NCBI GenBank assembly: GCA_002839315.1
Contig: PGXV01000009.1
Coordinates: 130,202-194,201 of the forward strand
Source of the DNA: Spirochaetae bacterium HGW-Spirochaetae-3
GTDB taxonomy: Bacteria > Spirochaetota > Spirochaetia > Treponematales > UBA12059
Direction: 5' to 3'
DNA length: 64,000 nucleotides
Of the stretch, positions 49,383-58,470 are shown one piece after another. How positions within the stretch are numbered: the first letter of the stretch is position 1; every line of letters begins with the position of its first letter. Below the pieces are notes generated by a model. It did no database searches. It saw only the letters and a program-made list of their open reading frames with translations, and was not told where the DNA came from. Made by a program: the position numbers and the translations under genes.

Positions 49383-49859
49383 GTGCCTACGCTGTCCGCG
49401 TATTTCGGCCCGGATCGATGCGCCGTCGACGTGAGCGCTCCCACCAAGGCCGACGCTGTCGCCGCTCTCGTCGACCTGCTGGCCGCGGCCGGCAAGGCTC
49501 CCGATCGCGACGCCCTCGTGCGTGCCGTCATGGAGCGGGAGGCGCTGGCCCCGACCGGCCTCGGCTCCGATTGCGCCATCCCCCACGCCCAGACCGACGC
49601 CGTCACGGAAACCTCGCTGGCTGCCATCAGGCTCGCGGAACCCCTGGATTTCAGCGCCCCCGATGGCACGCCCGCCCGGCTCGTCTTTCTCATAGCGGGA
49701 CCCAAGGACTCCGCAGCGCTGCACCTCCGGCTCCTGTCCAGGCTTGCGCGCACCTTGTGCGATCCCGCGTTCAGGGCGGCGGCGATCGCCGCTCCTGACG
49801 CGTCCTCGTTCGCGGCGGCCTTCCTGGCGACCGACCCGCCGGAAAACGTCACTGCTTGA
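49383..49859 (+). CDS. PTS EIIA-domain protein (Ntr/fructose type)
   Basis: RE...TGLG...AIPHA phospho-His motif; HLRLLSRLAR. Confidence 0.9.
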   Translation: MPTLSAYFGPDRCAVDVSAPTKADAVAALVDLLAAAGKAPDRDALVRAVMEREALAPTGLGSDCAIPHAQTDAVTETSLAAIRLAEPLDFSAPDGTPARLVFLIAGPKDSAALHLRLLSRLARTLCDPAFRAAAIAAPDASSFAAAFLATDPPENVTA

Positions 49860-49928
49860 CAGATCCGCCTGGTTTCAGGTATAAACTTCCCCGTCGAGCG
49901 ATGCCCAGCGCCGCTCGTCGAACTGCCC

Positions 49929-50010
49929 GCGGCGATGGTGGAATTGGCAGACACGCTAGCTTGAGGTGCTAGTGCCGAGAGGCATGGAGGTTCAAGTCCT
50001 CTTCGCCCTT
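49929..50010 (+). tRNA. tRNA-Leu(GAG); 3' acceptor end altered at the island junction
   Basis: D arm TGGTGGAATTGGCAGACACG, anticodon stem CTAGC-TTGAGGT-GCTAG, long variable arm, T arm GGAGG-TTCAAGT-CCTCT. Upstream TTGACA-N18-TATAAA. Confidence 0.9.
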
Positions 50011-50022
50011 TTTGGGGAGTCG

Positions 50023-50043
50023 ATGTTGACCAAATGTTGACCA
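50023..50043 (+). repeat. Putative integrase arm-type binding sites
   Basis: ATGTTGACCA x2 at 11-bp period, 13 bp inside the att junction. Confidence 0.6.
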
Positions 50044-50190
50044 CTTCCTGCAAGCGTCCTGAATTGCCCTAAAACGCCTCAAAATCCAGAAAAGAGGCGA
50101 AAACGAGCATAGTTAAAGGTGGCGGGCATGATGAACCGTATAAGGTCGTCATTCCTGCCTAAAAACTATGACAAAGAGGGGTGAACGGAC

Positions 50191-51375
50191 ATGGCAAAGT
50201 ACAAAGCACCATTTCGATTGGTGAAACCTACGAAAAAGGGCGGTATCTACTACTATCGGTTGGGTGATGACCCAAAAAGAACAAGACATTCGACTGGTTG
50301 CCGGACAGAGAAAGACGCTCAAGCATACTGCCAGAAGATCACAGCGGTCGATGAAAACGGTGTCAAGGAAGTATTGTTCGGTGATTTCAGTGCTAATATG
50401 TTTATCGTAGGAAAGTGTCCATACCTTGCGAATAAGGTCAGTGATGGGAAACCAGTCACCGCCAAGCTTACTGCTGACTACCGAGCATATATTGAGAACT
50501 ACATCCTTCCGTATTTCAAGGAGATGCTTCTATCGTCAATTACTCCTGCGGAAGTTCGACGCTGGAGGAATTCGATCATGGATGGCTCTTTCAAGCCAAA
50601 ATCACTGAGAGCATCTCCTCCTGCACATGAAACTATGAATAAAGTACGTCGGGTATTTGAGATAGTTATGAATGAGGCAGAAGATGAAGGATTGATAAAA
50701 TCGAATCCAGTGTCCAAAGTGAGTCCACTTTCGAAGCAAGTTTATAAGAAAAGGGACGCTCTAACCAAAGAAGAGGTTGATCTTCTTTTTCCAGATAATG
50801 ATGAAGACCTGCTTAGGATTTGGGGAGATTATGAAAAAGCCTCCATGCTTTACCTTGTTCTTACAAGCGGGATGAGGTCTGGAGAGCTTAGAGCCTTAAA
50901 GTGGTCTGACATTGACTGGAAGAATAAGGGTGTACGAGTTACAAAAGCTATCACCGCAGAGCAAAAGCTTGGTCCGACAAAGGGAAAGAAAGCTCGCGGC
51001 ACTGTCCCTCCCAGTCGTACATTTGAGTTATTGAAGAAGTGGCTTGAGTTAGCAGGTAAAAGTGAACCTGACGCATTCGTGTTTGCTGGAAGTGATGGAT
51101 TTTCTCCATCATCATCTGGAAGGCTGAGGTGTGCTTTACGAAATGCAATGCAACATGCAGGAATCAATACAGATGGTCGCAAAAATATCGTTGTACATTC
51201 ACTTAGGCATACTTATAACACCTTACTCTATACTGTTCTTCCATCCGATGCACTTCGTGGAACAATAGGACATGAATCAGAAGCTATGACCCAACGCTAC
51301 GCTCACTTAACGCCAGATGAAGCGATTAAGCAATACGGGAAGAAGTATCGAAAAGCCATCGAGAAAACATGGTGA
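50191..51375 (+). CDS. Tyrosine recombinase / integrase
   Basis: GMRSGEL (R), HSLRHT (HxxR), GH...MT.RY (catalytic Tyr); arm-binding-like N-terminus. Confidence 0.96.
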   Translation: MAKYKAPFRLVKPTKKGGIYYYRLGDDPKRTRHSTGCRTEKDAQAYCQKITAVDENGVKEVLFGDFSANMFIVGKCPYLANKVSDGKPVTAKLTADYRAYIENYILPYFKEMLLSSITPAEVRRWRNSIMDGSFKPKSLRASPPAHETMNKVRRVFEIVMNEAEDEGLIKSNPVSKVSPLSKQVYKKRDALTKEEVDLLFPDNDEDLLRIWGDYEKASMLYLVLTSGMRSGELRALKWSDIDWKNKGVRVTKAITAEQKLGPTKGKKARGTVPPSRTFELLKKWLELAGKSEPDAFVFAGSDGFSPSSSGRLRCALRNAMQHAGINTDGRKNIVVHSLRHTYNTLLYTVLPSDALRGTIGHESEAMTQRYAHLTPDEAIKQYGKKYRKAIEKTW

Positions 51376-51395
51376 GTAGTTGTTTCTAAACCATG

Positions 51396-51424
51396 AAGGT
51401 GCCGATAAAAACGGCACCTTTTTT
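51396..51424 (+). terminator. Terminator after the integrase
   Basis: AAGGTGCCG-loop-CGGCACCTT followed by TTTT. Confidence 0.75.
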
Positions 51425-51625
51425 CAATGTACCAAGATAATCTATGAACCTTACACCACCCGCCCAACGCTTACTCCTCCGCCTCTGCTTTGAATCAGAA
51501 GCAGGGTTGAACCTCACCTTGGCGTACCTTTCTCTCATTGGTTGACTCTTCGCACCACGACTTAAACAAAAATCGAACGATTTCCAGAAATTTTCGAAAG
51601 ATAACCCATAGGAGGACACGAACCT

Positions 51626-52057
51626 ATGGAGTTTATCAAAGCACTAAAGACAGCCGCAGTTAAAAGCAAGCGGCGGTCTGGCGTCAAAGCCTACTACTCG
51701 GGTGGGCAAGTTCAATTCTCAAGGCTATTCGGGTATCAGCGTGTAGGGGATCGATATGAGCCTGATCCGAAGTTTCAGAAAGCCATTACGATAATATTTG
51801 AACGATTGGCTGAAGGAAAGTCCATTCCAGAAATAAAAGCCGAACTCGACACTTTGAAAGCAAGGGATTCATCAGGTAACCGCTATAGCCATAGCCGAAT
51901 ATGCGGGATTGCTGAACGATCAATCTACGCGGGGTATCTACAACAAGGCTTGAGACTTCGAAAGGTCGAAAACCTGACGCCAATCATAAACCTTGACCTA
52001 TGGCGGAAGGCTCAGAGGCAGGTTAGGATTGAAAAAAAGAAGATGCTTGGTTCATAA
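51626..52057 (+). CDS. Stand-alone 'Recombinase' DNA-binding domain protein (large serine recombinase RD, no catalytic domain)
   Basis: FGY...AITIIFE....GKSI..I...L...Y.G...PII...LW.KAQ pattern; AGGAGG RBS. Confidence 0.75.
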   Translation: MEFIKALKTAAVKSKRRSGVKAYYSGGQVQFSRLFGYQRVGDRYEPDPKFQKAITIIFERLAEGKSIPEIKAELDTLKARDSSGNRYSHSRICGIAERSIYAGYLQQGLRLRKVENLTPIINLDLWRKAQRQVRIEKKKMLGS

Positions 52058-52062
52058 AGCAT

Positions 52063-53727
52063 TCAGTCTATATCTCTATAATCAAATTCTTTCTCAGACT
52101 TCAGCAAGGACAATGCTTCCTCAATACCCATCTCCTTGCGAACTCCCCGAGTCGGTAGTTTATAGGCTTTTACTTTTCCTTCTTCTATGATGAAGGCTAT
52201 TCTTTCATTTCCCACCTTAAAATACTCAAAATTCGCTCCATAAAACCATTCAGGTAGGCGATGGATGTATCGTGAATTAATATAATGCTTGCCAGAGACT
52301 AAAATCGTGAGAACTGTTTTTAAATCATTGACTGTGCTTGTAATGAGTCTTTCACCATTGGAATCTATATAGATACCACCAGCATGGTTCACTTGATAGG
52401 GCAAGGCACCCTTGATTGTGGTTGCTGTATCATCGATATTTATAAAATTGGCTCTTTCATAATAATATTTGTAAGGAGTCTTATGTTTTTCGAAGAAGGC
52501 AAATTGAATCTGGTTTGCCTCCTGTATTATAACGAATTCATCAGCATAGTATTGCTGAGTTGTTTTATACTCTAAAAATGGGATCAGTTCATCAAGAACC
52601 TTTTGAAAGATTTCGAGATCGCCACCAAAGAGTTTTTTTGAAGTATGTGCATTAATTTTCTGTTTCAATTCTAATGTCAGTTTATGCGGATTGATAATTA
52701 CTGTTTGCTGTGTCCCAAGTAAGAAAGTTATACGATTGTTGTATACAGTTATTTCTTCAAATAGACTTCTGACTGCATTAAAGTAATCAGGCTTTTTTCT
52801 TGAAACAATTGCTTGGAATGTTTCCTCGATGTATTTATTGAACTCCTTAATCAATAAAGAATTTGAATCATTTATTTTTTCAAAAAGAGTATCAACTTGT
52901 TCGCCAGATTCTTTGTCAAACGGGTTAAGAAAAAGCTGGTTGATGATGAATCTATAGGGATCAAATAGGTCAAGGAAAATTAAAGATTCATTAGTTTTTT
53001 TGTCGCCCCAAGACCGAAGGTAATTTTGGTAAAAATTATAGTCTTTAATAAGGTCTGCACGATACTTCTTTGATGTCAGCATGTCTATCATGATCATCAT
53101 TGAAATGCGTTCTAAAGGCTCTGCTTTTATATATGTGCTATTGTTGCATTGATGATTAGTGCGTGAATGTTGGTAATACGGAGATAGCGAACTACCGCTC
53201 TTAGTGCTTTTCTTTGGATATTCTCTTGCCTTTCTATAGAAGTCATTACAACATATGGGGCATTTTATAAAACCTGATAATGGGAACTCCAACTGATTCT
53301 TGCTTCCATAACCTTCAAATCGTCTGTAGTTAACGATTGCTACAGCCTTTTGCCAAAGCGTCACATCGATTATCGGATCAGTATACAAAGTAGATTTCTT
53401 CAAAATACCTGAATAATCATATGAAAATCCGCAGTATGCTGGGTTTCTTATGATCCGAAGTAGCATGTAGGCATTGAACTTGAACTCACTAAGATGGTGA
53501 TACTTTTTATCTATTATTTCGGCAAGTATATAAATCGGTTGTTGTTCATCAACCAGCTGTTTAAAAATATCTTCCACACATTCTGCTTCATTATCAGCTT
53601 TAACATTTTTCCCAGTTGCTGGATCAAGTTGATACCCGAAAAACGGTTCTGTAGGTTTTTCTACCACTACAGACATTTTATCAAGAGATATATCCCTGCT
53701 GAGATAATTGAATGGTGGGAATAGCAT
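52063..53727 (-). CDS. Recombinase-domain + zinc-ribbon protein lacking the resolvase catalytic domain, with long unknown C-terminus
   Basis: FFGY...EAECVEDIF...IIRNPAYCG...PIID..LWQKA...LSGFIKCPICC...YY...C. Start reassigned to ATG 53727 (GAGGAAGG RBS; TTGATC-N17-TATTCT). Confidence 0.75.
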   Translation of the reverse strand: MLFPPFNYLSRDISLDKMSVVVEKPTEPFFGYQLDPATGKNVKADNEAECVEDIFKQLVDEQQPIYILAEIIDKKYHHLSEFKFNAYMLLRIIRNPAYCGFSYDYSGILKKSTLYTDPIIDVTLWQKAVAIVNYRRFEGYGSKNQLEFPLSGFIKCPICCNDFYRKAREYPKKSTKSGSSLSPYYQHSRTNHQCNNSTYIKAEPLERISMMIMIDMLTSKKYRADLIKDYNFYQNYLRSWGDKKTNESLIFLDLFDPYRFIINQLFLNPFDKESGEQVDTLFEKINDSNSLLIKEFNKYIEETFQAIVSRKKPDYFNAVRSLFEEITVYNNRITFLLGTQQTVIINPHKLTLELKQKINAHTSKKLFGGDLEIFQKVLDELIPFLEYKTTQQYYADEFVIIQEANQIQFAFFEKHKTPYKYYYERANFINIDDTATTIKGALPYQVNHAGGIYIDSNGERLITSTVNDLKTVLTILVSGKHYINSRYIHRLPEWFYGANFEYFKVGNERIAFIIEEGKVKAYKLPTRGVRKEMGIEEALSLLKSEKEFDYRDID

Positions 53728-53917
53728 ACCTTCCTCATAATTATTCCAATGTGCATAAAGAATAGCTCCTGTCTGGCAAGTGATCAATAAGGTTTCAAAC
53801 ACGATAAATGGCATCAATATGCGTCTTAAAGTGTTGTATAGTAAGCAAATAAATTTTGTTTTTAGTGGATTTTCTGATACAATAGAAAGTATCAAATGGG
53901 CGAGGGAGGAAGCAGGG

Positions 53918-54262
53918 ATGCTGGTAGCAAAACGGATTTACTTATGCTTGCGGAACGAAAATTATAGTATCTCCCTTCCTCTCTCGTTGCAAGTATCTGA
54001 AGGAGAGGTTGAGTTAAAGAGCAGTCTTAGATTGCTTGCCACTCTCATTCGCCACGGTATGGCAAGGAGTGTCCATCTCTCTGCCCATGAGACCATTTTA
54101 GTGATCGCATCTGGAAACAGTCGAATTGGCTTTTTCTGGAAACTGATGCCTTCAGGAAAACTGCTTTTACGGGACATCCAGAATATGGATGAGTTCAAGG
54201 TAGCAGTGGCTTCCACAAAGGTCATTCCCTTTTCGAAGGTTCGAAAAGGAGTAGCCGCATGA
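53918..54262 (+). CDS. Hypothetical protein
   Basis: GGAGG RBS before MLVAKR. Confidence 0.55.
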   Translation: MLVAKRIYLCLRNENYSISLPLSLQVSEGEVELKSSLRLLATLIRHGMARSVHLSAHETILVIASGNSRIGFFWKLMPSGKLLLRDIQNMDEFKVAVASTKVIPFSKVRKGVAA

Positions 54263-54424
54263 TCAGCCAGTCTGCGGCTAACACTAAGCCGCCATAGGCT
54301 AACACCAAACAGGTTCATTTCTCTGCCTTTAAGAAAGATGGTCGTTGACCACCTACAGGCGAGGTCTGTCCAAAGGATTTTACAGATTCCGTATGGGGTC
54401 TGAAGCATGGATGAAGGAGTCTAT

Positions 54425-54820
54425 ATGTCGCGTAAGAATCGTAAGCCTAAGTTCACTAATTCTGGAACCTTGTTATCAGTAACTATTCCAGCTAATCAGA
54501 GTGGTATGGACGCGATAATGCCTTTCTTTCAAATGCTTGAGCAAGCTGGCGTCTATACAAATGAAGAACTCGATAGCCGCACTTTGTCAAATAGGAAAGA
54601 GCGGATCGAGATAGTTCGCTGGATTCAACTGAGGAAATGCTTCCATGAAGTATTTGTCACAAACGAAACTCGTGATGGGTTAACCCGAGTTATCTGGGAT
54701 GGGCAGAAAACAGACGAGCGTTGGATTGACCTTTCTGCTCTGTATGCCTCCGGTCAGATAAATTTTGAGGGGAAACCAACTCTTAACCTTCTGCCGCCGA
54801 GGGGCTGGGAGTTTGATTGA
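54425..54820 (+). CDS. Hypothetical protein
   Basis: AAGGAG RBS before MSRKNR. Confidence 0.65.
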   Translation: MSRKNRKPKFTNSGTLLSVTIPANQSGMDAIMPFFQMLEQAGVYTNEELDSRTLSNRKERIEIVRWIQLRKCFHEVFVTNETRDGLTRVIWDGQKTDERWIDLSALYASGQINFEGKPTLNLLPPRGWEFD

Positions 54821-54949
54821 GCGATCTTTGGTTGGGAACGGCAAGTTATACGAGCAATGCTCGCTGTTGCCCAGCCAAAGTCAGAAATTGGCGTAAGGAA
54901 AGAGTTCTACAGATTCCGTAGGGAATCTGAAAGTTCTTAGGAGGATGCA

Positions 54950-55474
54950 ATGAAAGCTTATCACTACACGGTGTCTGATCGGATTGCTTCGATTAGGAAG
55001 CATGGAATAAAACTGGCTGGGGCTGGTGTTCTTGGCTTAGAAAAGCATGCAGTTTGGTTTTCTACAAACCCCGTCTATGAAACGACGGCATGCAAGGCGG
55101 GGACAAGCTCTCTTCAAGGCATGATCGACTTTGGTTTTACGCCTGTTCGATTTGTCGTTGATCGAGAGATGTTTGATTGGAAGTACCACAAGGCTCACAG
55201 CGGAATCAAATCTGCAATCGCAAGGGGATTGGAAGAAGCAGGAAAGCAAACAAATGCCAATCCATCTGAGTGGTTTGCGGTCTACGAGCCGGTCAAAGAA
55301 TGGTTGGCTATCGAAGTCTACCGTAACGGGCAGTGGGTAGAACTGGAAGAAGACGAGATCGAGAATCTGGCGAAACAGAAGACTCCTTTTCCTCTTCCAA
55401 TCGACGAGGATGAAGGATTCACCATCTCGATGTCTGTTGGGGAGTTCCTCAGCCAGATGAGAAGGGCAGGATAA
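54950..55474 (+). CDS. Hypothetical protein, possible ADP-ribosyltransferase-like fold
   Basis: YHYT...SIRKHGI...VWFS pattern; AGGAGG RBS; hairpin TTGGAGGGACT/AGTCCCTCCAA downstream. Confidence 0.6.
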   Translation: MKAYHYTVSDRIASIRKHGIKLAGAGVLGLEKHAVWFSTNPVYETTACKAGTSSLQGMIDFGFTPVRFVVDREMFDWKYHKAHSGIKSAIARGLEEAGKQTNANPSEWFAVYEPVKEWLAIEVYRNGQWVELEEDEIENLAKQKTPFPLPIDEDEGFTISMSVGEFLSQMRRAG

Positions 55475-55550
55475 GTAGAAGTTGGAGGGACTGTGAATAG
55501 TCCCTCCAATAAATCCCATGGAACCCGACTGTTAGTCGGTCAATGAATTT

Positions 55551-56378
55551 ATGACTTTGGAGGATGATATGGCACAGCTGCTGAAAAACTTTGATGTAGA
55601 GCTGGCGAAGATGCGTTCTTTGAGAAAGTTTGATGAAGGAGTATATAAGAACTTCATAAACTCTTCCTTCAATTCAGGCAACATGGATATAAACGAGACA
55701 CAGTGCAAGCTCGGCTTATATCCATTCATAGCCTTTCCCCGTATTGAGAGTTATGAAGTTGATATGGCAATCCCGCTACCTCAACTCAATCAAGCGGAGT
55801 TTGATGACGTTATCGATCACTATGATTTTCGCCGCCCTTGGTTGATGGAAATGACTGAGCAGAATGGACGAGGAAAACTAATTCTTCACTCAGGCGGAGT
55901 AAAGCATGGTCTTGATTTTACAGAGGTGACGCAACTTCCTAATGGTCGCTTTGCTTACTCCGTTCTCCGCCTTAAAGATAGTGTCGTCAAGATAGCGACG
56001 AGTCAAGGCAATGAAGAGGAACTCTTGGAGACTTTCTACTGGATTGCCAAGCTGTTTCATGCGAAGCACATGAAGGACTATCTCGATGTCTCAGGTGGCA
56101 AGAAGAAGCACAAGTTTTCCGGAAAATCTCAGTTCGGCAATGTGACCATCAAGATTTCTCTCTCTGCGAAGGCAAAGAAATATCATTACCCGCATCAACT
56201 AACACAAAACCCTAACTACACGAATGGAAAATGTGAGATAGAACATCAAGTTCCTTCTCATACGCGTAGGATTCGTTGTGGAAAAGGACGAACGCAAATC
56301 AAGGAAGTTCCAGTCAAGTCGTTTAAGCGGACTTACTGGATCGTTCCAAGGGATAAGGTAACGAAGATTGTCGCGTAA
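55551..56378 (+). CDS. Phage-type hypothetical protein
   Basis: Basic C-terminal H.V..H.RR...G.GR motif typical of uncharacterised phage proteins. Start may be ATG 55569 (GGAGG RBS). Confidence 0.65.
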   Translation: MTLEDDMAQLLKNFDVELAKMRSLRKFDEGVYKNFINSSFNSGNMDINETQCKLGLYPFIAFPRIESYEVDMAIPLPQLNQAEFDDVIDHYDFRRPWLMEMTEQNGRGKLILHSGGVKHGLDFTEVTQLPNGRFAYSVLRLKDSVVKIATSQGNEEELLETFYWIAKLFHAKHMKDYLDVSGGKKKHKFSGKSQFGNVTIKISLSAKAKKYHYPHQLTQNPNYTNGKCEIEHQVPSHTRRIRCGKGRTQIKEVPVKSFKRTYWIVPRDKVTKIVA

Positions 56379-56388
56379 ATGAGCCTGT

Positions 56389-56595
56389 GTGAGCAAGGAG
56401 GTTGTTGTGAATAGAATAGGTATACGAAAGCGATTACAAAGGCATGGCTACATCCTTGCGAAACGGCAAGTTGGGTATGTGATCTTTGATGAGAAGCTCC
56501 GTTGCCTTGCTTTAGGTGGTGTGTTCACTCCTTATGCACTGACTTTGAAAGAAGCAGAGGCTTGGATGCTTGATATGATATGGAGGAACAAATGA
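56389..56595 (+). CDS. Small hypothetical protein
   Basis: In the operon; AAGGAGG inside the 5' end suggests a slightly later GTG start. Confidence 0.5.
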   Translation: MSKEVVVNRIGIRKRLQRHGYILAKRQVGYVIFDEKLRCLALGGVFTPYALTLKEAEAWMLDMIWRNK

Positions 56596-57398
56596 AATTC
56601 CGACCCTACAACGAAGACTGCATTACTGGGGCGAGAAGGATCAAGGCAGAGTCTATCGACTGCATGATTTGTGATTCTCCATTTGGTATTGGCGAAGACA
56701 AGCTTGATGCTGTGTACAATCGTAAGAGCAAGCATGTCATAAAAGGGTATGTCACAGCACCTGTTGACTACTATGATTTCTCTTATCGTTGGCTTAAAGA
56801 AGCCTACAGGATACTCAAACCAACCGGGACGCTCTATGCAGTCTCTGGGACGACTAATCTTGATCACATGATCAAAGCGGCAAAGAACTGTGGATTTAAG
56901 GTCTTGAACCAAATTGTATGGCATTACAATTTCGGTGTTTATACAGAAAAGAAGTTTGTTGCTTCTCATTATGTGATCCTACGACTTGCGAAGTGCAAGT
57001 ACCCAACATTTTACCGAGAATGCCGGTTCAAGGCACATGAGCATGATGATGCTGGTCTCTCTCTTCTTTACCGAGACCTTCAGGACGTTTGGATTATTAA
57101 GAAAGAGTTTTCCCGTGGGAAAACCAAAAATCCAAACAAACTCCCAGATGAGTTGGTCAAGAAGATGATCCAGTACGCAACAAAGGAGGGTGATACTGTC
57201 TGCGATTTCTTCATGGGAAACTTCACCACCGCTTACGTTGCTCGTGGACTGAACCGCAAGGTCATCGGTTTTGAGTTGAATAAGGAGGCGTTTGATTACC
57301 ACGTTCCACGACTGAAAATGCTTAAGGCTGGGTACATGCTGAATCAGGATCGTAAGAAGGATCAGAAGAAGGATGAAGATCAGTTGAAGGCGGCGTGA
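56592..57398 (+). CDS. Orphan beta-class N6-adenine/N4-cytosine DNA methyltransferase
   Basis: EDC..G...I..ESID.MICDSPF (motif IV), IVWHY, DVW, P...P.EL, GDTVCDFFMGNFTT (motif I), IGFEL. Confidence 0.88.
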   Translation: MKFRPYNEDCITGARRIKAESIDCMICDSPFGIGEDKLDAVYNRKSKHVIKGYVTAPVDYYDFSYRWLKEAYRILKPTGTLYAVSGTTNLDHMIKAAKNCGFKVLNQIVWHYNFGVYTEKKFVASHYVILRLAKCKYPTFYRECRFKAHEHDDAGLSLLYRDLQDVWIIKKEFSRGKTKNPNKLPDELVKKMIQYATKEGDTVCDFFMGNFTTAYVARGLNRKVIGFELNKEAFDYHVPRLKMLKAGYMLNQDRKKDQKKDEDQLKAA

Positions 57399-57443
57399 TT
57401 CAGTTCCAATCTGGTTGGACAGCAATATTTATTTGGAGGACAC

Positions 57444-58085
57444 ATGAAAGCGAAGCCGTATGAGTGTTTCGGATGTGAATTAGAATTCACTGGTTCACAA
57501 GAAAATTGGGATTACATCTCTGAAGCACTTGCAAAGCACAAGATCGATGCAGAGAAGGAGCTTGATTTTGCAAAGGCAGAATATGCCAAATCGGTTGAAA
57601 GAGAGGAGCGAGTGAAGTTGCTGATGACAGAAAGGGAGCATAGCGAACACCTTTTCTATAAAATCCATTTATTCTTGACACAATACTTTGAAGAGGCAGA
57701 TGCAGAACGCTTAGCCACAAATATTATATTTCTTCGTAATCCACCTCAATCATTACATGGGATGGTACATCGTACGATCAAGAAAGAAGGGCTAACCCTT
57801 AGCACAAAGAAGGCTTCATATCTATTCGATGATATTAGTGATCACCTTATGCACTGTAAAAGTGTCTTGTGGGTTTCTATCTGCTATCTGCAAGATTATA
57901 CGTTTTTTATGTTTTCTTACTATTATGATATTATTGAAAAGCGTATAGCGAAGGGATATACGAAGCCTTTGTTTAGTATCGTTGATACAGATAAAGCAAT
58001 TCGCATGTTGAAAACCAGACGCTTGCTGAATAAGTTCAAGAAGAGTCATCCGGCTGTCTATGCCGCATATCTCATGGACAAGTAG
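57444..58085 (+). CDS. Hypothetical protein
   Basis: GGAGG RBS; 213-aa ORF. Confidence 0.65.
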   Translation: MKAKPYECFGCELEFTGSQENWDYISEALAKHKIDAEKELDFAKAEYAKSVEREERVKLLMTEREHSEHLFYKIHLFLTQYFEEADAERLATNIIFLRNPPQSLHGMVHRTIKKEGLTLSTKKASYLFDDISDHLMHCKSVLWVSICYLQDYTFFMFSYYYDIIEKRIAKGYTKPLFSIVDTDKAIRMLKTRRLLNKFKKSHPAVYAAYLMDK

Positions 58086-58470
58086 GATGATTCGCTGAAT
58101 GATACTGTTTCTCATATCTAAAAATATGCTAAATCCTCGTCAAATTGACGAGGAGGTTAAAAAAAGTTGGTGTTCATTTGATGAAAAGAGATTCGGTGTT
58201 ACTCTGGGTGAACAGATGCGTTCATCAGGTGAACACCAGAATCAAGAATTTGGCAAATCTGTATCTCTGGGTGAACATATATAGATATTACAACTGTATA
58301 GACATTATTTACATAGAGATAAACAACAAGGGCTGATTTTGATTCCAAATAAAAAATGTGAGAACAAAAATTGATTACATTGGAGCATGGTATGCCCGCC
58401 ACCGATCTATCTCAATAAAATAATCCAGAAGAAAATTGCATCATTTCTACTTTTCGATGCAAGATAGATT

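Noticed and set aside
51387-51408. Sigma-28 promoter TAAA...GCCGATAA in the island
   Set aside because: The spacer is only 10 bp and GCCGATAA is part of the terminator hairpin.
54260-54940. Self-cleaving (hammerhead) ribozyme in the island intergenic hairpins
   Set aside because: No CUGANGA...GAAA core in the correct stem context could be identified.
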